Assembly (NCBI GenBank): GCA_016929295.1
Contig: JAFGJB010000061.1
Span: 5,318-69,317 of the forward strand
Direction of reading: 5' to 3'
DNA: 64,000 nucleotides
DNA from: Candidatus Zhuqueibacterota bacterium
GTDB taxonomy: Bacteria > Zhuqueibacterota > Zhuqueibacteria > Residuimicrobiales > Krinioviventaceae
Shown here one piece after another: positions 19,172 to 29,474 of this stretch. A program made the position numbers and the translations under genes. The notes beneath the pieces were generated by a model. The model was not told the origin of the DNA and did not search any database. It worked only from the letters and a program-made list of their open reading frames with translations. Within the stretch, counting starts at the first letter, position 1. Each line of letters begins with the position of its first letter.

Positions 19172-21250
19172 ATGAGATATTTGATAGCCATTCTGTGCGC
19201 CGCAGCGTTGTCACCCTGCTTTGCCGATCAGATCGTTCCCATCGGTTCATCACAGTTAATGGTGGCAACCGGCCCGAATAACGCGAGAAAAATTGCCCGA
19301 ACGAGCGCGGATCTCCGCATCGTCATCTATGAGGATGTCGCCGGTGATCTCAATACCATTTACATGACCTACAGCGCTGACGGAGTGAGCTGGACCGGGC
19401 CGCTCTTTATCGATTTCGGCCTTTCGCCATGCATCGCGGTCTCAGACGGAGACTCTTTTTATGTATGCTATACAAAGTTGAATGAAAGCATCATCAAAGT
19501 CATGGTGTTTGCGCCCGACGATCTGCCGGCGCTGGCGCATGCTCGTGATATTGACATCTATTACGGCTCTCCCAGCGCGCGCCACGCGTTTCCGGTGCTG
19601 GATGTCGGTGCTCGTTTTGTGCATCTCGCTTTTCAAAGCCGAGATGTCAATGCGAAATCGGCTATCCGCTATGGCCTGTTTCACCGCAATCTGGATCCGG
19701 CGACGCCTCTGTTCACAGTGAGCGCTGCAGACGCGAACGCGATCCGCCCGACGTTACAAACCGACCTCGAGTACGGCTCCGACTATGTCAATTTGTTCTG
19801 GAATGAAGAGCAAGAGGCTCATACAGGCATTCACCATCTATCTCTCGATGCGGCAAAACTCTATGCCTCGCGGCCAGCATCGCAAGAAGATTTTTGGCTG
19901 CTGCTGGAAGACCTTGCGCATATAAACAGCTCTTTCCAGCAATTTGCCGGCTGCGCCAACGCATCCTTTTCTCTTCGCACCCGGACCGCCGAAGATGGCT
20001 CCTCCTATTCGAATCATATCATCCTCGGCTGCGACCATCGCGTCCAGGAAAGATTCAGGCTCTATTCCATAGATTATACAACCGATAGCGAAAATATCGA
20101 TATTCGCGGCGGCTTTTGGCAAATCGTTTCGGGCCCATCCTGGCCGAGCGTTGATGACGTCATCCTCAATCCTCGAAGCTGCGCAGTGGTCTGGGAAGAA
20201 AATGGCAACATATATTATGGTCAGTCGCATTACAGCGACCTGGAAGCAGAACCGCTGGATATCAGCCTGACAGGAGCGTCGCACTATGCCAGTGTGTGCT
20301 ACAAGACATTCCGCCGTGACTTTTTCGACGTGGTGTGGACGTACGGCCAGGAGCCGCCCTTCATCATCTGCTATCGGCGCTTGCCCAAATTATACTGGTT
20401 TGAGCCTGTGCAGATCGACGCAGAAAGCTATATAACAGGCGCTTATCTAAATTATTTCAACCATATTATCACGGCACGGGGAGGATTGAACGGTGCGCTC
20501 TCGGTCGATCTTGTCGACGGGCAATTGCCGGACGGGCTGTTGTTCGAGACAGACGGCCTGGATGGTCACAGCTGGCACATTCACGGTACGCCCAGCAAAT
20601 CGGGACTTTATCCGATCACCCTGAGAGCATCCGACAGAGGAGACGATGTCGGGCTGATGGCCGAGCACAAAATGACGATTCGAGTTGAAAATACGGCGCC
20701 AACGATAACCATTTTGCCGGACTCTCTGTGGTGGGGCGGCGATAAAATCCACTATTCAATAACGTTGTCGGACTCGCAAAACAACCGCATCGACTGGAGC
20801 GTTGATGGACTGCCCGGTTGGCTTGAATTGGACAAGGAGGCGCAAGCGATCAACGGTGACGCGCCGACGACTGGCGCCGTCGCCAGATTTTTTGTCCACG
20901 CGAGCGATGGCGAGCTGACCCGCACAGAGAATGTTTTGGTCATTGTGAATAGACACAGTCAGGTCGCAGAGGAAATTGCAATCCCGACAGAGCTGACCCT
21001 CTGCCCGGCCTATCCGAATCCGTTCAACGCACAGACCATCATCAAGCTGGCGTTGCCGACACTCCAGCAGGTCAAAATTGCGATTTATGATATCCGCGGC
21101 CGTATGGTGACTACCCTGCATGACGGCATTCTCGATGCCGGATGGCATCAGTTCACTTTTGCTGCCGCCAATCTGGCCTCCGGCACTTTCTTCATCCGCA
21201 TGCATGCGGGAGATACTGTGCAGATGCAAAAATGTATCCTGCTGCGATAA
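19172..21250 (+). CDS. Secreted protein with putative Ig-like (He_PIG/cadherin-like) domains and a T9SS/FlgD-like C-terminal sorting tail
   Basis: Signal peptide MRYLIAILCAAALSPCFA; GQLPDGL..HGTP..G.YPITLRASD; LPGWL; AYPNPFNAQT..IYDIRGR..LASGTFF. Confidence 0.75.
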   Translation: MRYLIAILCAAALSPCFADQIVPIGSSQLMVATGPNNARKIARTSADLRIVIYEDVAGDLNTIYMTYSADGVSWTGPLFIDFGLSPCIAVSDGDSFYVCYTKLNESIIKVMVFAPDDLPALAHARDIDIYYGSPSARHAFPVLDVGARFVHLAFQSRDVNAKSAIRYGLFHRNLDPATPLFTVSAADANAIRPTLQTDLEYGSDYVNLFWNEEQEAHTGIHHLSLDAAKLYASRPASQEDFWLLLEDLAHINSSFQQFAGCANASFSLRTRTAEDGSSYSNHIILGCDHRVQERFRLYSIDYTTDSENIDIRGGFWQIVSGPSWPSVDDVILNPRSCAVVWEENGNIYYGQSHYSDLEAEPLDISLTGASHYASVCYKTFRRDFFDVVWTYGQEPPFIICYRRLPKLYWFEPVQIDAESYITGAYLNYFNHIITARGGLNGALSVDLVDGQLPDGLLFETDGLDGHSWHIHGTPSKSGLYPITLRASDRGDDVGLMAEHKMTIRVENTAPTITILPDSLWWGGDKIHYSITLSDSQNNRIDWSVDGLPGWLELDKEAQAINGDAPTTGAVARFFVHASDGELTRTENVLVIVNRHSQVAEEIAIPTELTLCPAYPNPFNAQTIIKLALPTLQQVKIAIYDIRGRMVTTLHDGILDAGWHQFTFAAANLASGTFFIRMHAGDTVQMQKCILLR

Positions 21251-21453
21251 CCCGTTAAAAACAAAGCGCGCGACAAGCCAGGTCGCCCTGTCTCTTGCAT
21301 GAGACACTGTTTCGCTCGCACGACACTTTTACCGCTTTTTCTTCGATTAAGCCTATATTTTTCAATTTGTTCCGCGGCATTATAATTGCTGAACCAACTC
21401 AATATCATGATGCAGCTCGGCAAAACATCAGAATGGATTCTTTTCTATTTTTC

Positions 21454-22713
21454 ATGTCAGACAATAAACGATATCGCCTCCATCGACCGCAGCGATCGCC
21501 CAATGGCATTCCTGTCGTTCTGTTCTTCTTCTTCGCTCTGCCGCTGTGCGGACAGCTGCGCACCGTGACGCACACCCGGCTGACGCAGGAGCTGGTGCGC
21601 CAGGGATATGAAGGTGTCGTCGCGCGCACAAGTGAGCGCGTGACCCTGGTGCAATACGAGGACGCGAGGAATCGCTACCCGATGGACGGTCTTTTAGAGA
21701 TCATTGGCCGCACGAGCATGCAGTTACCCGCATCGAATGAAAAAGTGGTCATTGCCCTCATAAAGTATGGCGTGCCGTTTGTCGTTTTCGAAAATAGCGA
21801 TTTCGCATCGTACTATAACGTGCGCCGTCAAAAAAGCATGCGCATTCCACGCCTTGCCATAAGTGAGAAGACGGATGCTCTTACGGCCGGTTTATCCATT
21901 TATCCTGTGTACAACAGACCGGAATGGAAGACGGATCTGATTTTACATCCGGATCTGCGCATGCGTTTCGGCAACTATCATCATCCAATGGAATCGCAAT
22001 TTAATCTCGTTCCTGAATTTCAAACACTGTTGTACAAGGGTCTTTTTCTATCGGCCTCACTTATAGTGCCGCTGCACAATGATTTCGAGGCGTGGGAAAG
22101 TTACAATCGCCTGGGACCGAGTTCATTGAATTATATCACCCGGCTCCGCAACGACTATTTTATCTACGCTGCGGCGGGCTATTTTCGCGGCAACCGTTAT
22201 GGCGCCCAACTGGGATTGAAAAAATATCTTGCCACCGGCGGCCTGTTGCTCGATGCGCGTCTCGGCTCTTCTGGTTACGCTCTCATGGATAGAGGCGTCT
22301 TTAAATATGGCGACCTCAATGAGTTCACCTGGTCACTCTCGGCTCTCTATTTCATCAAACGCTTTCAGCTTTTTGCATCGCTCGCCGTGCATCGATTCAT
22401 CTATCAGGATCAGGGCCTTCGCGCTGAAATATTTCGCTTTTTCAACGAGCTGCAATTCGGCTTTTGGGCTGTTCATGCGGACGCCTCGCTGAATGGCGGT
22501 TTTCAACTTTCGATTCCCTTGCCGCCACCGCGCTACAAACCGCGGGAGTATTGGCGTCCTCGACTCGCCAGTTATTTTGATCTGGAATACGCCGGCAGAT
22601 ACGATACGACAGCCGGGACAACCTTGAAGGCGAATGAGATCATCGATGACATTTTTTTGCGTTATAATCCGCAGTATCTCAAATCCAATATAGGTCGGGC
22701 AGCAGCTCCGTAG
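21454..22713 (+). CDS. YjbH-like outer-membrane beta-barrel protein (start uncertain, 21433-21454)
   Basis: Alternating amphipathic strands; AAGYFRGNRYG, FIYQDQGLRAEIFRFF, GGFQLSIPL resemble the C-terminal part of YjbH. Confidence 0.6.
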   Translation: MSDNKRYRLHRPQRSPNGIPVVLFFFFALPLCGQLRTVTHTRLTQELVRQGYEGVVARTSERVTLVQYEDARNRYPMDGLLEIIGRTSMQLPASNEKVVIALIKYGVPFVVFENSDFASYYNVRRQKSMRIPRLAISEKTDALTAGLSIYPVYNRPEWKTDLILHPDLRMRFGNYHHPMESQFNLVPEFQTLLYKGLFLSASLIVPLHNDFEAWESYNRLGPSSLNYITRLRNDYFIYAAAGYFRGNRYGAQLGLKKYLATGGLLLDARLGSSGYALMDRGVFKYGDLNEFTWSLSALYFIKRFQLFASLAVHRFIYQDQGLRAEIFRFFNELQFGFWAVHADASLNGGFQLSIPLPPPRYKPREYWRPRLASYFDLEYAGRYDTTAGTTLKANEIIDDIFLRYNPQYLKSNIGRAAAP

Positions 22714-22721
22714 CAATCGCC

Positions 22722-23444
22722 ATGAGAACCGCCATAACGACATCCGTTTTAGCCTTTCTGGCGCTCGCGCCATTCACAATGCAGGCGCAATCGCTCTCCG
22801 GCATGCCGGGACTCGTCCATGTGCCCACCGCTGATTTTATGCGAGATGGCGCTTTTTATGTCGGCGGCAGCTATCTGCCGCGCCAGACTCTTGGCTATAG
22901 CAATTTCGACCGCGACGGCCTGGCGCTGTTTTCCTCTCTCACCTTCATGCCATTTATCGAGGTCGATCTTCGTTTCACCAAACAACTGGGACGATCGGCC
23001 GCTCAGGGGCACACGGTGGATCGCTCGCCGAGCGTGCGCTTTAAACTGCTGCGCGAAAAAAGAGCGCGTCCTGCCGTCGTCTTTGGCATTCACGATGTTT
23101 TTTCAACCGTTGCCGAGGGAGGCGCACGTCATTTTGGCGCCACCTATGTTGTCCTTAGCAAGCGCTTCATGAGCTCGCAATTCCTCGTTGCGACCTCCAT
23201 GGGCTATGGATTCGTGGCATTCGAGAGTCGCGGACGAGAGCTCATCGGTCTCTTTGGCGGCGTAAAATTCCGCTCGATCCATTTCCGGCGCATCGCATTG
23301 CTCGCTGAATATGATACAAAATATATCAATGTCGGCGCTGATTTCTATGTGAATGAAATAGTGCGATGTAAATGCGGATTGTTGAATTTTCAATATTTTA
23401 CTGCAAATGCAAGTATGCACTTTAACCTTTTTGATGTATTTTAG
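22722..23444 (+). CDS. YjbH domain-containing outer-membrane protein (N-terminal YjbH-like module)
   Basis: Signal peptide; GMPGLVHVPTADF, PFIEVDLRF, DRS.SVRFKLLRE, PAVVFGIHD, GLFGGV, AEYD; terminal Phe. Confidence 0.7.
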   Translation: MRTAITTSVLAFLALAPFTMQAQSLSGMPGLVHVPTADFMRDGAFYVGGSYLPRQTLGYSNFDRDGLALFSSLTFMPFIEVDLRFTKQLGRSAAQGHTVDRSPSVRFKLLREKRARPAVVFGIHDVFSTVAEGGARHFGATYVVLSKRFMSSQFLVATSMGYGFVAFESRGRELIGLFGGVKFRSIHFRRIALLAEYDTKYINVGADFYVNEIVRCKCGLLNFQYFTANASMHFNLFDVF

Positions 23445-23545
23445 AGTGAATCCCATAGCGTGAATAGACCGGATTCAGTCAATTTGGATAAAAATGCTCT
23501 CTGCTCCTATATCACGACGCTCTTTTTTGATTTGAAGGAGGATTT

Positions 23546-24283
23546 ATGCTGCGAAAGGTAAAAACAATAGCAATCCTGCTGGTCAATATGCTCGCTCTTG
23601 GGCTGTTTCTCTCTTTTGTGACGTGTGAGCACGCAACCAAGTTTTGTCCGGATGACGAGGGGGATGGCAGGGAGTTCCTCGGCAGCAGCGAGGGAACGAT
23701 CGGGGACGGCAGCATATCGACACGCCAAAAGCTGTACAGGAATGCTGATGGAAATGAGATAACCAATCTGATCGTTTTTTATGATGGAGTGAATTCCCTC
23801 ATTGGCGAAGCAGAATTGACTGCGGCACAAGATCTCGTCAAGCAAATCAATCTGCAAATGGCCGGCCTCAGTAAAAAGAACGCCGCAGCAGATTTTCCGG
23901 GCGAAATATTCATCGATCTGGGCAAATTTGTCTTGAAGATTTTCGTAACATTGTACCCAACAGATCCGACCAAGTACCAAGTTACATTGACCAATCTTAC
24001 GACGGGTGAATTTGTGTCTTTTCTGGTCGCCAGAAGCTCTTTGACAAACGGCAATTCGAGCCAATTCGTCAATCTCGTCGCAACCCATGCCGTGCTGCTG
24101 TGCCTGGGAGCGCAAGAGACAGTCGATGATTCGCAAGTCTGTCGAGAGCATGCACCAGCTTACTGCGACCCGTTGGGTGTCAAGAGAGCCTACATTGAAG
24201 GGTCATTTTCGTTCGCTCACGGTTGCCAAAGCAGCTGCAAAATTATATGTGATGTCCACGACCAGGGTGGACTTGGATTTTAA
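23546..24283 (+). CDS. Hypothetical exported protein or lipoprotein with a Cys-rich C-terminus
   Basis: AAGGAGG RBS; hydrophobic N-terminus ending FVTC; C-terminal VCREHAPAYC...GCQSSCKIIC. Confidence 0.6.
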   Translation: MLRKVKTIAILLVNMLALGLFLSFVTCEHATKFCPDDEGDGREFLGSSEGTIGDGSISTRQKLYRNADGNEITNLIVFYDGVNSLIGEAELTAAQDLVKQINLQMAGLSKKNAAADFPGEIFIDLGKFVLKIFVTLYPTDPTKYQVTLTNLTTGEFVSFLVARSSLTNGNSSQFVNLVATHAVLLCLGAQETVDDSQVCREHAPAYCDPLGVKRAYIEGSFSFAHGCQSSCKIICDVHDQGGLGF

Positions 24284-24418
24284 CCTCTAAAATCGATGGC
24301 GCCGGGGTGAACAGCCGCCCCGGCAAAATATTTTACAATCCTCAATTTGACTTTCTCCCCCGGCTTTCTTATTTTAGTACTAAATGTCACATACTCCGAT
24401 TTATGAAAGGAGACGCGT

Positions 24419-27400
24419 TTGAATCCTCTGCCGAGATTTACGCTGCTCATGCTCGCTTTCCTGCTGCCATTGTGCCCTGTACTGGCAGACATCACCATCC
24501 ATGAAACCACCATCACTATCCCGACATACGGCGTTGACGCACCGGATCCCAATCCACGATTTTACAGCGGCCGAGTCTATCAGGGCGCACAAGGCCGAAT
24601 ATACCCCTATCCCATGTCAGACGTGCTAACCAATCAGCTGGTGCAAAAGGAATACAAAGCTGTCTATCTTGAAAATGAGTTCATTAAAATCTGCGTCTTG
24701 CCGCAAATTGGCGGCCGCATCTTTGAAGCCATTGACAAAACGAACGGCTATCACTTTTTTTATAAACAGAGCGTCATCAAACCCTCTCTGATCGGCATGC
24801 TGGGCGCCTGGATTTCCGGCGGCGTCGAGTGGAATTTTCCGCACCACCATCGCGCCAACACATTTATGCCAATGGACTATGCGCTCAAAGAAAACCAGGA
24901 CGGCAGCGTCACGTTGTGGCTGACGGAGATCGAGCAACGTCACAGAATGAAAATGCTGATCGGATTGACCATCTGGCCGCAGTGCAGCGTGCTGCAGGCA
25001 GAGCTGAGATTCTTCAACCGCACACCTTTTGTCCATTCCTTTCTCTATTTTGCCAATCCGGCGGTGCATGTGGATTCTACCTATCAGGTCATTTTTCCTC
25101 CGGAAGTGGAATATGTCACCCAGCACGCCAAACGGGAATTTGCACGATGGCCGATTGCGGACGGTCGTTATGGCGGTTATGATTACGCAAATGTCGATAT
25201 CAGCTGGTGGCAAAATCTGCCCAAGCCGGTGTCATTCTTTGCCTGGGACCATTCGTCCGATTATTTTGCCGGCTATGACCATGGCGCGGACGCCGGCGTC
25301 GCTTATGTCGCTGATATCCATATCGCCCCCGGCAAAAAGTTTTTCACTTTCGGATGCGGCGATGAAGGGCGCATGTGGGACAAGATGCTCACGGACTCGG
25401 ACGGCCCCTATCTGGAGCTGATGGCCGGCGCTTATTCGGATAATCAGCCTGACTATAGCTGGATTCAGCCCTGTGAAACCAAAATCGTCAAACAGACCTG
25501 GTTTCCGATACGCGATCTTGGCGGCATGAGCTATGCGAACGTCAACGGCGCCCTCCATCTGCGCGTGCAAAATCACCACGCCAAACTCAACATCATCACG
25601 ACAGCCGAACAGAAAGCCGCGCAGCTAACTCTGGCTGTAAATGAAAAAACAGTGTGGCAAGAGACAATCGATATCGGGCCGGACAAGCCATTTCAAACCG
25701 ACATACGGCTGGCGGCTGATGTGCGCGAAGAGGATATCGTCGTTGCCGTAAAAACGGCGGCGGGAGTTGAGCTGCTCTCCTTTCGACCGCGAGCAAAGGC
25801 GGGTGAAACGATGCCGGCGGCCGTCGAGCCGCCGGACCAGCCGCAACAATACAAGACGACCGAAGAGTTGTACCTCGCGGGCTTGCGTCTCGACGAGCTC
25901 TATAATCCGCAAATCGATCCCTATCCTTACTATTTAGAAGCCTTGAAACGCGACGCCGATGACAGTCGTACCAACGTTCAACTTGGCATCCTTTACTGCA
26001 AAAGGGCGATGTGGGCGGAAGCAGAAATACATTTACAGCGGGCTGTGCAGAGACTGACACACAATTATACGCGGCCCAGGGACGGGGAAGCGCACTATTA
26101 CCTCGCTCTAGCGCAACGAGCTCTGGGCCATGCGGAAAAAGCATACGATTCCTATTATCGGGCGGCCTGGAATTTCGCCTGGCGCGCGGCAGCGTTCTAT
26201 TCCCTGGCGGAACTGGACTGTTTGAGTGGAAATTACCGGCGCGCCCTGCAACATGTCGATGAGGCGCTCATTGTCAATAGCCACAATGTAAAAGCGTTGA
26301 ACCTGAAATGCGCCATTCTGCGTCACCTGGGCGAAATGCAAACAGCCCGACAGGTCAATGATCTTGTCCATTGCGTCGATCCGCTCGATTACTGGGCGTT
26401 GAATGAACGCGTGGAAATCGAGAACGGTGTGAAACAAGATTCCGCCGCGCACAGGGCGGAAATGAACCTCATCAAACATCTGGATGATGTTCAGCTCTAT
26501 CTCGAACTGGCAACCGACTATGGCAACGCCGGCTTTTACAATGACGCGTTCAAGGTTCTCAAGCGCCTGCCGGAATTGGCTCACCCGCTGATCTCCTACT
26601 ATCTGGCTTTTTATGCCCACAGGATGGATGACGAAGCCATTGCCGCCTATTTTCTCGTCAATGGCAGCACGCTGCCGCACGATTATTGTTTCCCGTTCCG
26701 ACTCGAGACGATTGATGTGCTCAATTATGCCATTGAGCAGCAACCACAGGACGCAAATGCATTTTATTATCTCGGCAATTTGCTGTTCGACTTGCAGCCG
26801 GAACGCGCCATCCAGCTGTGGCAGCGAGCAGTCGATCTTGACCCGCAATTTTCACTCGCTTATCGCAATCTTGGCGTCGGATACTCGCAATTCAAAAATG
26901 ATGTTGCGACGGCGATCACTTTTTACGAGGCGGCGTTGTCGCATAACGATAAAGATGCCCGCCTGTTTTATGAGCTGGACGTGCTCTACGAGGCCGCGCG
27001 TAAGGATTTGCACCAGCGCCTTGATCTTTTACAACAGCATGAAAAAATTGTCATAAAGCGCGATGACGCCCTGTCGCGACTCACAGAATTATATGTCCTG
27101 ACCGGCGATTATGATGCAGCCATAGATATTCTGACCAATCATCACTTCAACGTATGGGAAGGCGGCGGCGATATCCACAATGTTTTTGTGGATGCTCATC
27201 TGCTGCGCGGATTGACCTTTTTGCGCTGCGAGGACTATGAAAAAGCGCAGGCCGATTTTCAAACCGCGACCCTTTTTCCGGACAACCTGGAGGTTGGTCG
27301 GCCGATCTATGACATGAACGCTCTCAGAAACCACTATTTCATCGGGCATGTTCTCGAGTTGCAGGGGATTCAGCAATCACAGGAGCATTTTGAGCTGGCA

Positions 27401-27736
27401 TCCCGCATGGATGCACGAGATCAGTTTCTGTTTTACAAGGGCAAGGCTCTGCTCGAGCTCTCCCAGGACGACAAGGCCACGGCTCTGTTTGATCGAATGA
27501 TCAAACAGGGACAAGAACAGCTCTCATCAGACCAAGAGATCGATTTTTTTGCCAAATTTGGCGAGAAAGCAAGGCAGAACAGCAGACGCGCGCACGCGCA
27601 CTACCTCATCGCGTTGGGTCATTATGGCAAAGGTGATGTCGATCGTGCCCGCGAAGAACTGCAAAAAGCGCAGTCACTGGACATCAACAATGTCTGGATC
27701 AACTATTATCTGGAGATGATCGATAAAAGCAGGTGA
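24419..27736 (+). CDS. DUF5107 domain + TPR-repeat protein
   Basis: TTG start with AAGGAG RBS; IYPYP, LENEFI..LPQIGGRI, GAWISGGVEWNFP, GPYLELMAG.YSDNQPD; many TPR repeats. Confidence 0.85.
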   Translation: MNPLPRFTLLMLAFLLPLCPVLADITIHETTITIPTYGVDAPDPNPRFYSGRVYQGAQGRIYPYPMSDVLTNQLVQKEYKAVYLENEFIKICVLPQIGGRIFEAIDKTNGYHFFYKQSVIKPSLIGMLGAWISGGVEWNFPHHHRANTFMPMDYALKENQDGSVTLWLTEIEQRHRMKMLIGLTIWPQCSVLQAELRFFNRTPFVHSFLYFANPAVHVDSTYQVIFPPEVEYVTQHAKREFARWPIADGRYGGYDYANVDISWWQNLPKPVSFFAWDHSSDYFAGYDHGADAGVAYVADIHIAPGKKFFTFGCGDEGRMWDKMLTDSDGPYLELMAGAYSDNQPDYSWIQPCETKIVKQTWFPIRDLGGMSYANVNGALHLRVQNHHAKLNIITTAEQKAAQLTLAVNEKTVWQETIDIGPDKPFQTDIRLAADVREEDIVVAVKTAAGVELLSFRPRAKAGETMPAAVEPPDQPQQYKTTEELYLAGLRLDELYNPQIDPYPYYLEALKRDADDSRTNVQLGILYCKRAMWAEAEIHLQRAVQRLTHNYTRPRDGEAHYYLALAQRALGHAEKAYDSYYRAAWNFAWRAAAFYSLAELDCLSGNYRRALQHVDEALIVNSHNVKALNLKCAILRHLGEMQTARQVNDLVHCVDPLDYWALNERVEIENGVKQDSAAHRAEMNLIKHLDDVQLYLELATDYGNAGFYNDAFKVLKRLPELAHPLISYYLAFYAHRMDDEAIAAYFLVNGSTLPHDYCFPFRLETIDVLNYAIEQQPQDANAFYYLGNLLFDLQPERAIQLWQRAVDLDPQFSLAYRNLGVGYSQFKNDVATAITFYEAALSHNDKDARLFYELDVLYEAARKDLHQRLDLLQQHEKIVIKRDDALSRLTELYVLTGDYDAAIDILTNHHFNVWEGGGDIHNVFVDAHLLRGLTFLRCEDYEKAQADFQTATLFPDNLEVGRPIYDMNALRNHYFIGHVLELQGIQQSQEHFELASRMDARDQFLFYKGKALLELSQDDKATALFDRMIKQGQEQLSSDQEIDFFAKFGEKARQNSRRAHAHYLIALGHYGKGDVDRAREELQKAQSLDINNVWINYYLEMIDKSR

Positions 27737-27770
27737 GCCTAAATCGGCTAGGATTATTACAGGAGCAGAG

Positions 27771-29057
27771 ATGAATTTGAGAAGAAGAGATTTTATCAAA
27801 ACCACAGCGGCATCGGCATTCACAGCCCCTCTCATCCTGAATGCACAGAAAGCAAAAATGATCAAGACCGCCGTCATTGGCGCCGGCTGGTGGGGCATGA
27901 ACATTGCGCAGGCGGCGCTCGCCTCAGGGCAGTGCAAAATCGCCGCGCTGTGCGATGTCGATGACAGTCAGTTGTCAAGCGCCCGTGAAAAACTACGGCC
28001 GCTGACGAGCGTTGAACCCAAGTGGTACAAGGACTATCGCGAGCTTTTGCAGGACGAAAAACCGGAGATCGTCATCGTGGCGACGCCGGACCACTGGCAT
28101 GCATTACCGACGATCGCGGCGATCGAAGCGGGAGCGGACGTCTATGTCGAAAAACCCATTTGCCACACCATTAATGAAGGTCGTGCCATGGTCAAGGCTG
28201 CCCGGGATCACGAACGCATCGTCCAGGTCGGCCTGCATCGGCGGACATCGCCGCACAACATGTCAGCGATCAATTTCCTCAAACAGGGCGGCGCCGGCAA
28301 GATCGGCATGATACGATCCTTTGTCCACTCTGACGGCGGCCGCGGACGCCCGACTCCAGACTCTGACATTCCCCCGGGACTCGACTGGGATTTCTGGTGC
28401 GGTCCAGCCCCCTATCGACCCTATAACGCCAAGATGCATCCGCGCGGATTTCGCGCCTTTTTGGATTATGCCAATGGTCAGCTGGGCGACTGGGGCATTC
28501 ACTGGCTGGATCACATACTCTGGTGGAGCGAGGAAAAGTATCCCCGAACGGTGCATTCCATCGGCGCTCGCCACATTCTGCAGGACAATACCGATGCCCC
28601 GGACACGCAGGTCGTCCATTATCAATTCGAGGAATTCATCGCCACATGGGAAAATCGCCGTTACGGCGGCAACGATGCGGAAAAGCACGAGCTCGGCATC
28701 TATTTTTATGGCACATTGGGGACTGTGCACATCGGCTGGCATGACGGCTGGACATTCTATCCGGTGGGTCGAAATGCAGAGATATTACATGAGCTGCCGC
28801 AGCTTCATGAACCCGATCAGCAGAACATCCCCGAATTATGGAGCAATTTCCTCGCCTGCATCGAGACGCGTGAAAAACCGGTCTGCGATATCGAAATTGC
28901 CCAGCGCTCGACCAACATGAGCCTGCTCGGCGTGCTCTCCGCCAAAGTCGGCCGCAGCATCCAGTGGGATGGAGAAAAAGAGATCATCGCCGACGATCCT
29001 GAAGCCAATCACTATCTGCAGCGCGACTATCGCGCGCCATGGATTTATCCGCGATGA
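27771..29057 (+). CDS. Gfo/Idh/MocA-family NAD-dependent oxidoreductase, Tat-exported
   Basis: RRRDFIK Tat motif; IGAGWWG, ATPDHWH, VYVEKP, WDFWCGPAP, DWGIHWLD. Confidence 0.9.
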   Translation: MNLRRRDFIKTTAASAFTAPLILNAQKAKMIKTAVIGAGWWGMNIAQAALASGQCKIAALCDVDDSQLSSAREKLRPLTSVEPKWYKDYRELLQDEKPEIVIVATPDHWHALPTIAAIEAGADVYVEKPICHTINEGRAMVKAARDHERIVQVGLHRRTSPHNMSAINFLKQGGAGKIGMIRSFVHSDGGRGRPTPDSDIPPGLDWDFWCGPAPYRPYNAKMHPRGFRAFLDYANGQLGDWGIHWLDHILWWSEEKYPRTVHSIGARHILQDNTDAPDTQVVHYQFEEFIATWENRRYGGNDAEKHELGIYFYGTLGTVHIGWHDGWTFYPVGRNAEILHELPQLHEPDQQNIPELWSNFLACIETREKPVCDIEIAQRSTNMSLLGVLSAKVGRSIQWDGEKEIIADDPEANHYLQRDYRAPWIYPR

Positions 29058-29286
29058 CTGAACATCTCCGCGACGCTGAATCGGCCCGCTGTGAAGAAAA
29101 TCTCGCTAGCGGAACAGCCATTTCACAAGAAGCGCTTGATTCCATTGGCGAAATTTATTAGATTGCCTGAACGTCAAGCGAAAAATACGGTCAATTTTGC
29201 ATTTTTTTTGAATAATCCCTCCTACTCGATTGTTCGATATCTTACAGTAGTCTGACTACTACAAATTGACGTTTCTAAAGAAAATA

Positions 29287-29343
29287 CCACTAAATATAGA
29301 CTTTTTTTACTTGACAAAAGCTTTTCTATTCAATATATTGATT
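29287..29343 (+). promoter_or_regulatory. Two NrdR boxes overlapping the nrdJ sigma70 promoter
   Basis: Cores CTAAATATAG (29290-29299) and CAATATATTG (29331-29340), 41 bp apart, match the NrdR consensus CwAtATaTwG; promoter TTGACA (29311)-N17-TATATT (29334). Confidence 0.85.
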
Positions 29344-29474
29344 CGGGAATGGTCGGAGCGGTGAAGCACAAAAATTGACTGCAGTGTCCAGTCACATACA
29401 CACAAAAATCCTCTAGCCTGGCAGCTTTGTTATGTGTCATAATCAGTGGAAAAAAACTCACTTATGGGGTGAAT

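Noticed and set aside
29344-29474. Possible cobalamin riboswitch in the nrdJ leader
   Set aside because: No B12-box or other conserved core was recognisable by eye; an Rfam cmscan would be decisive.
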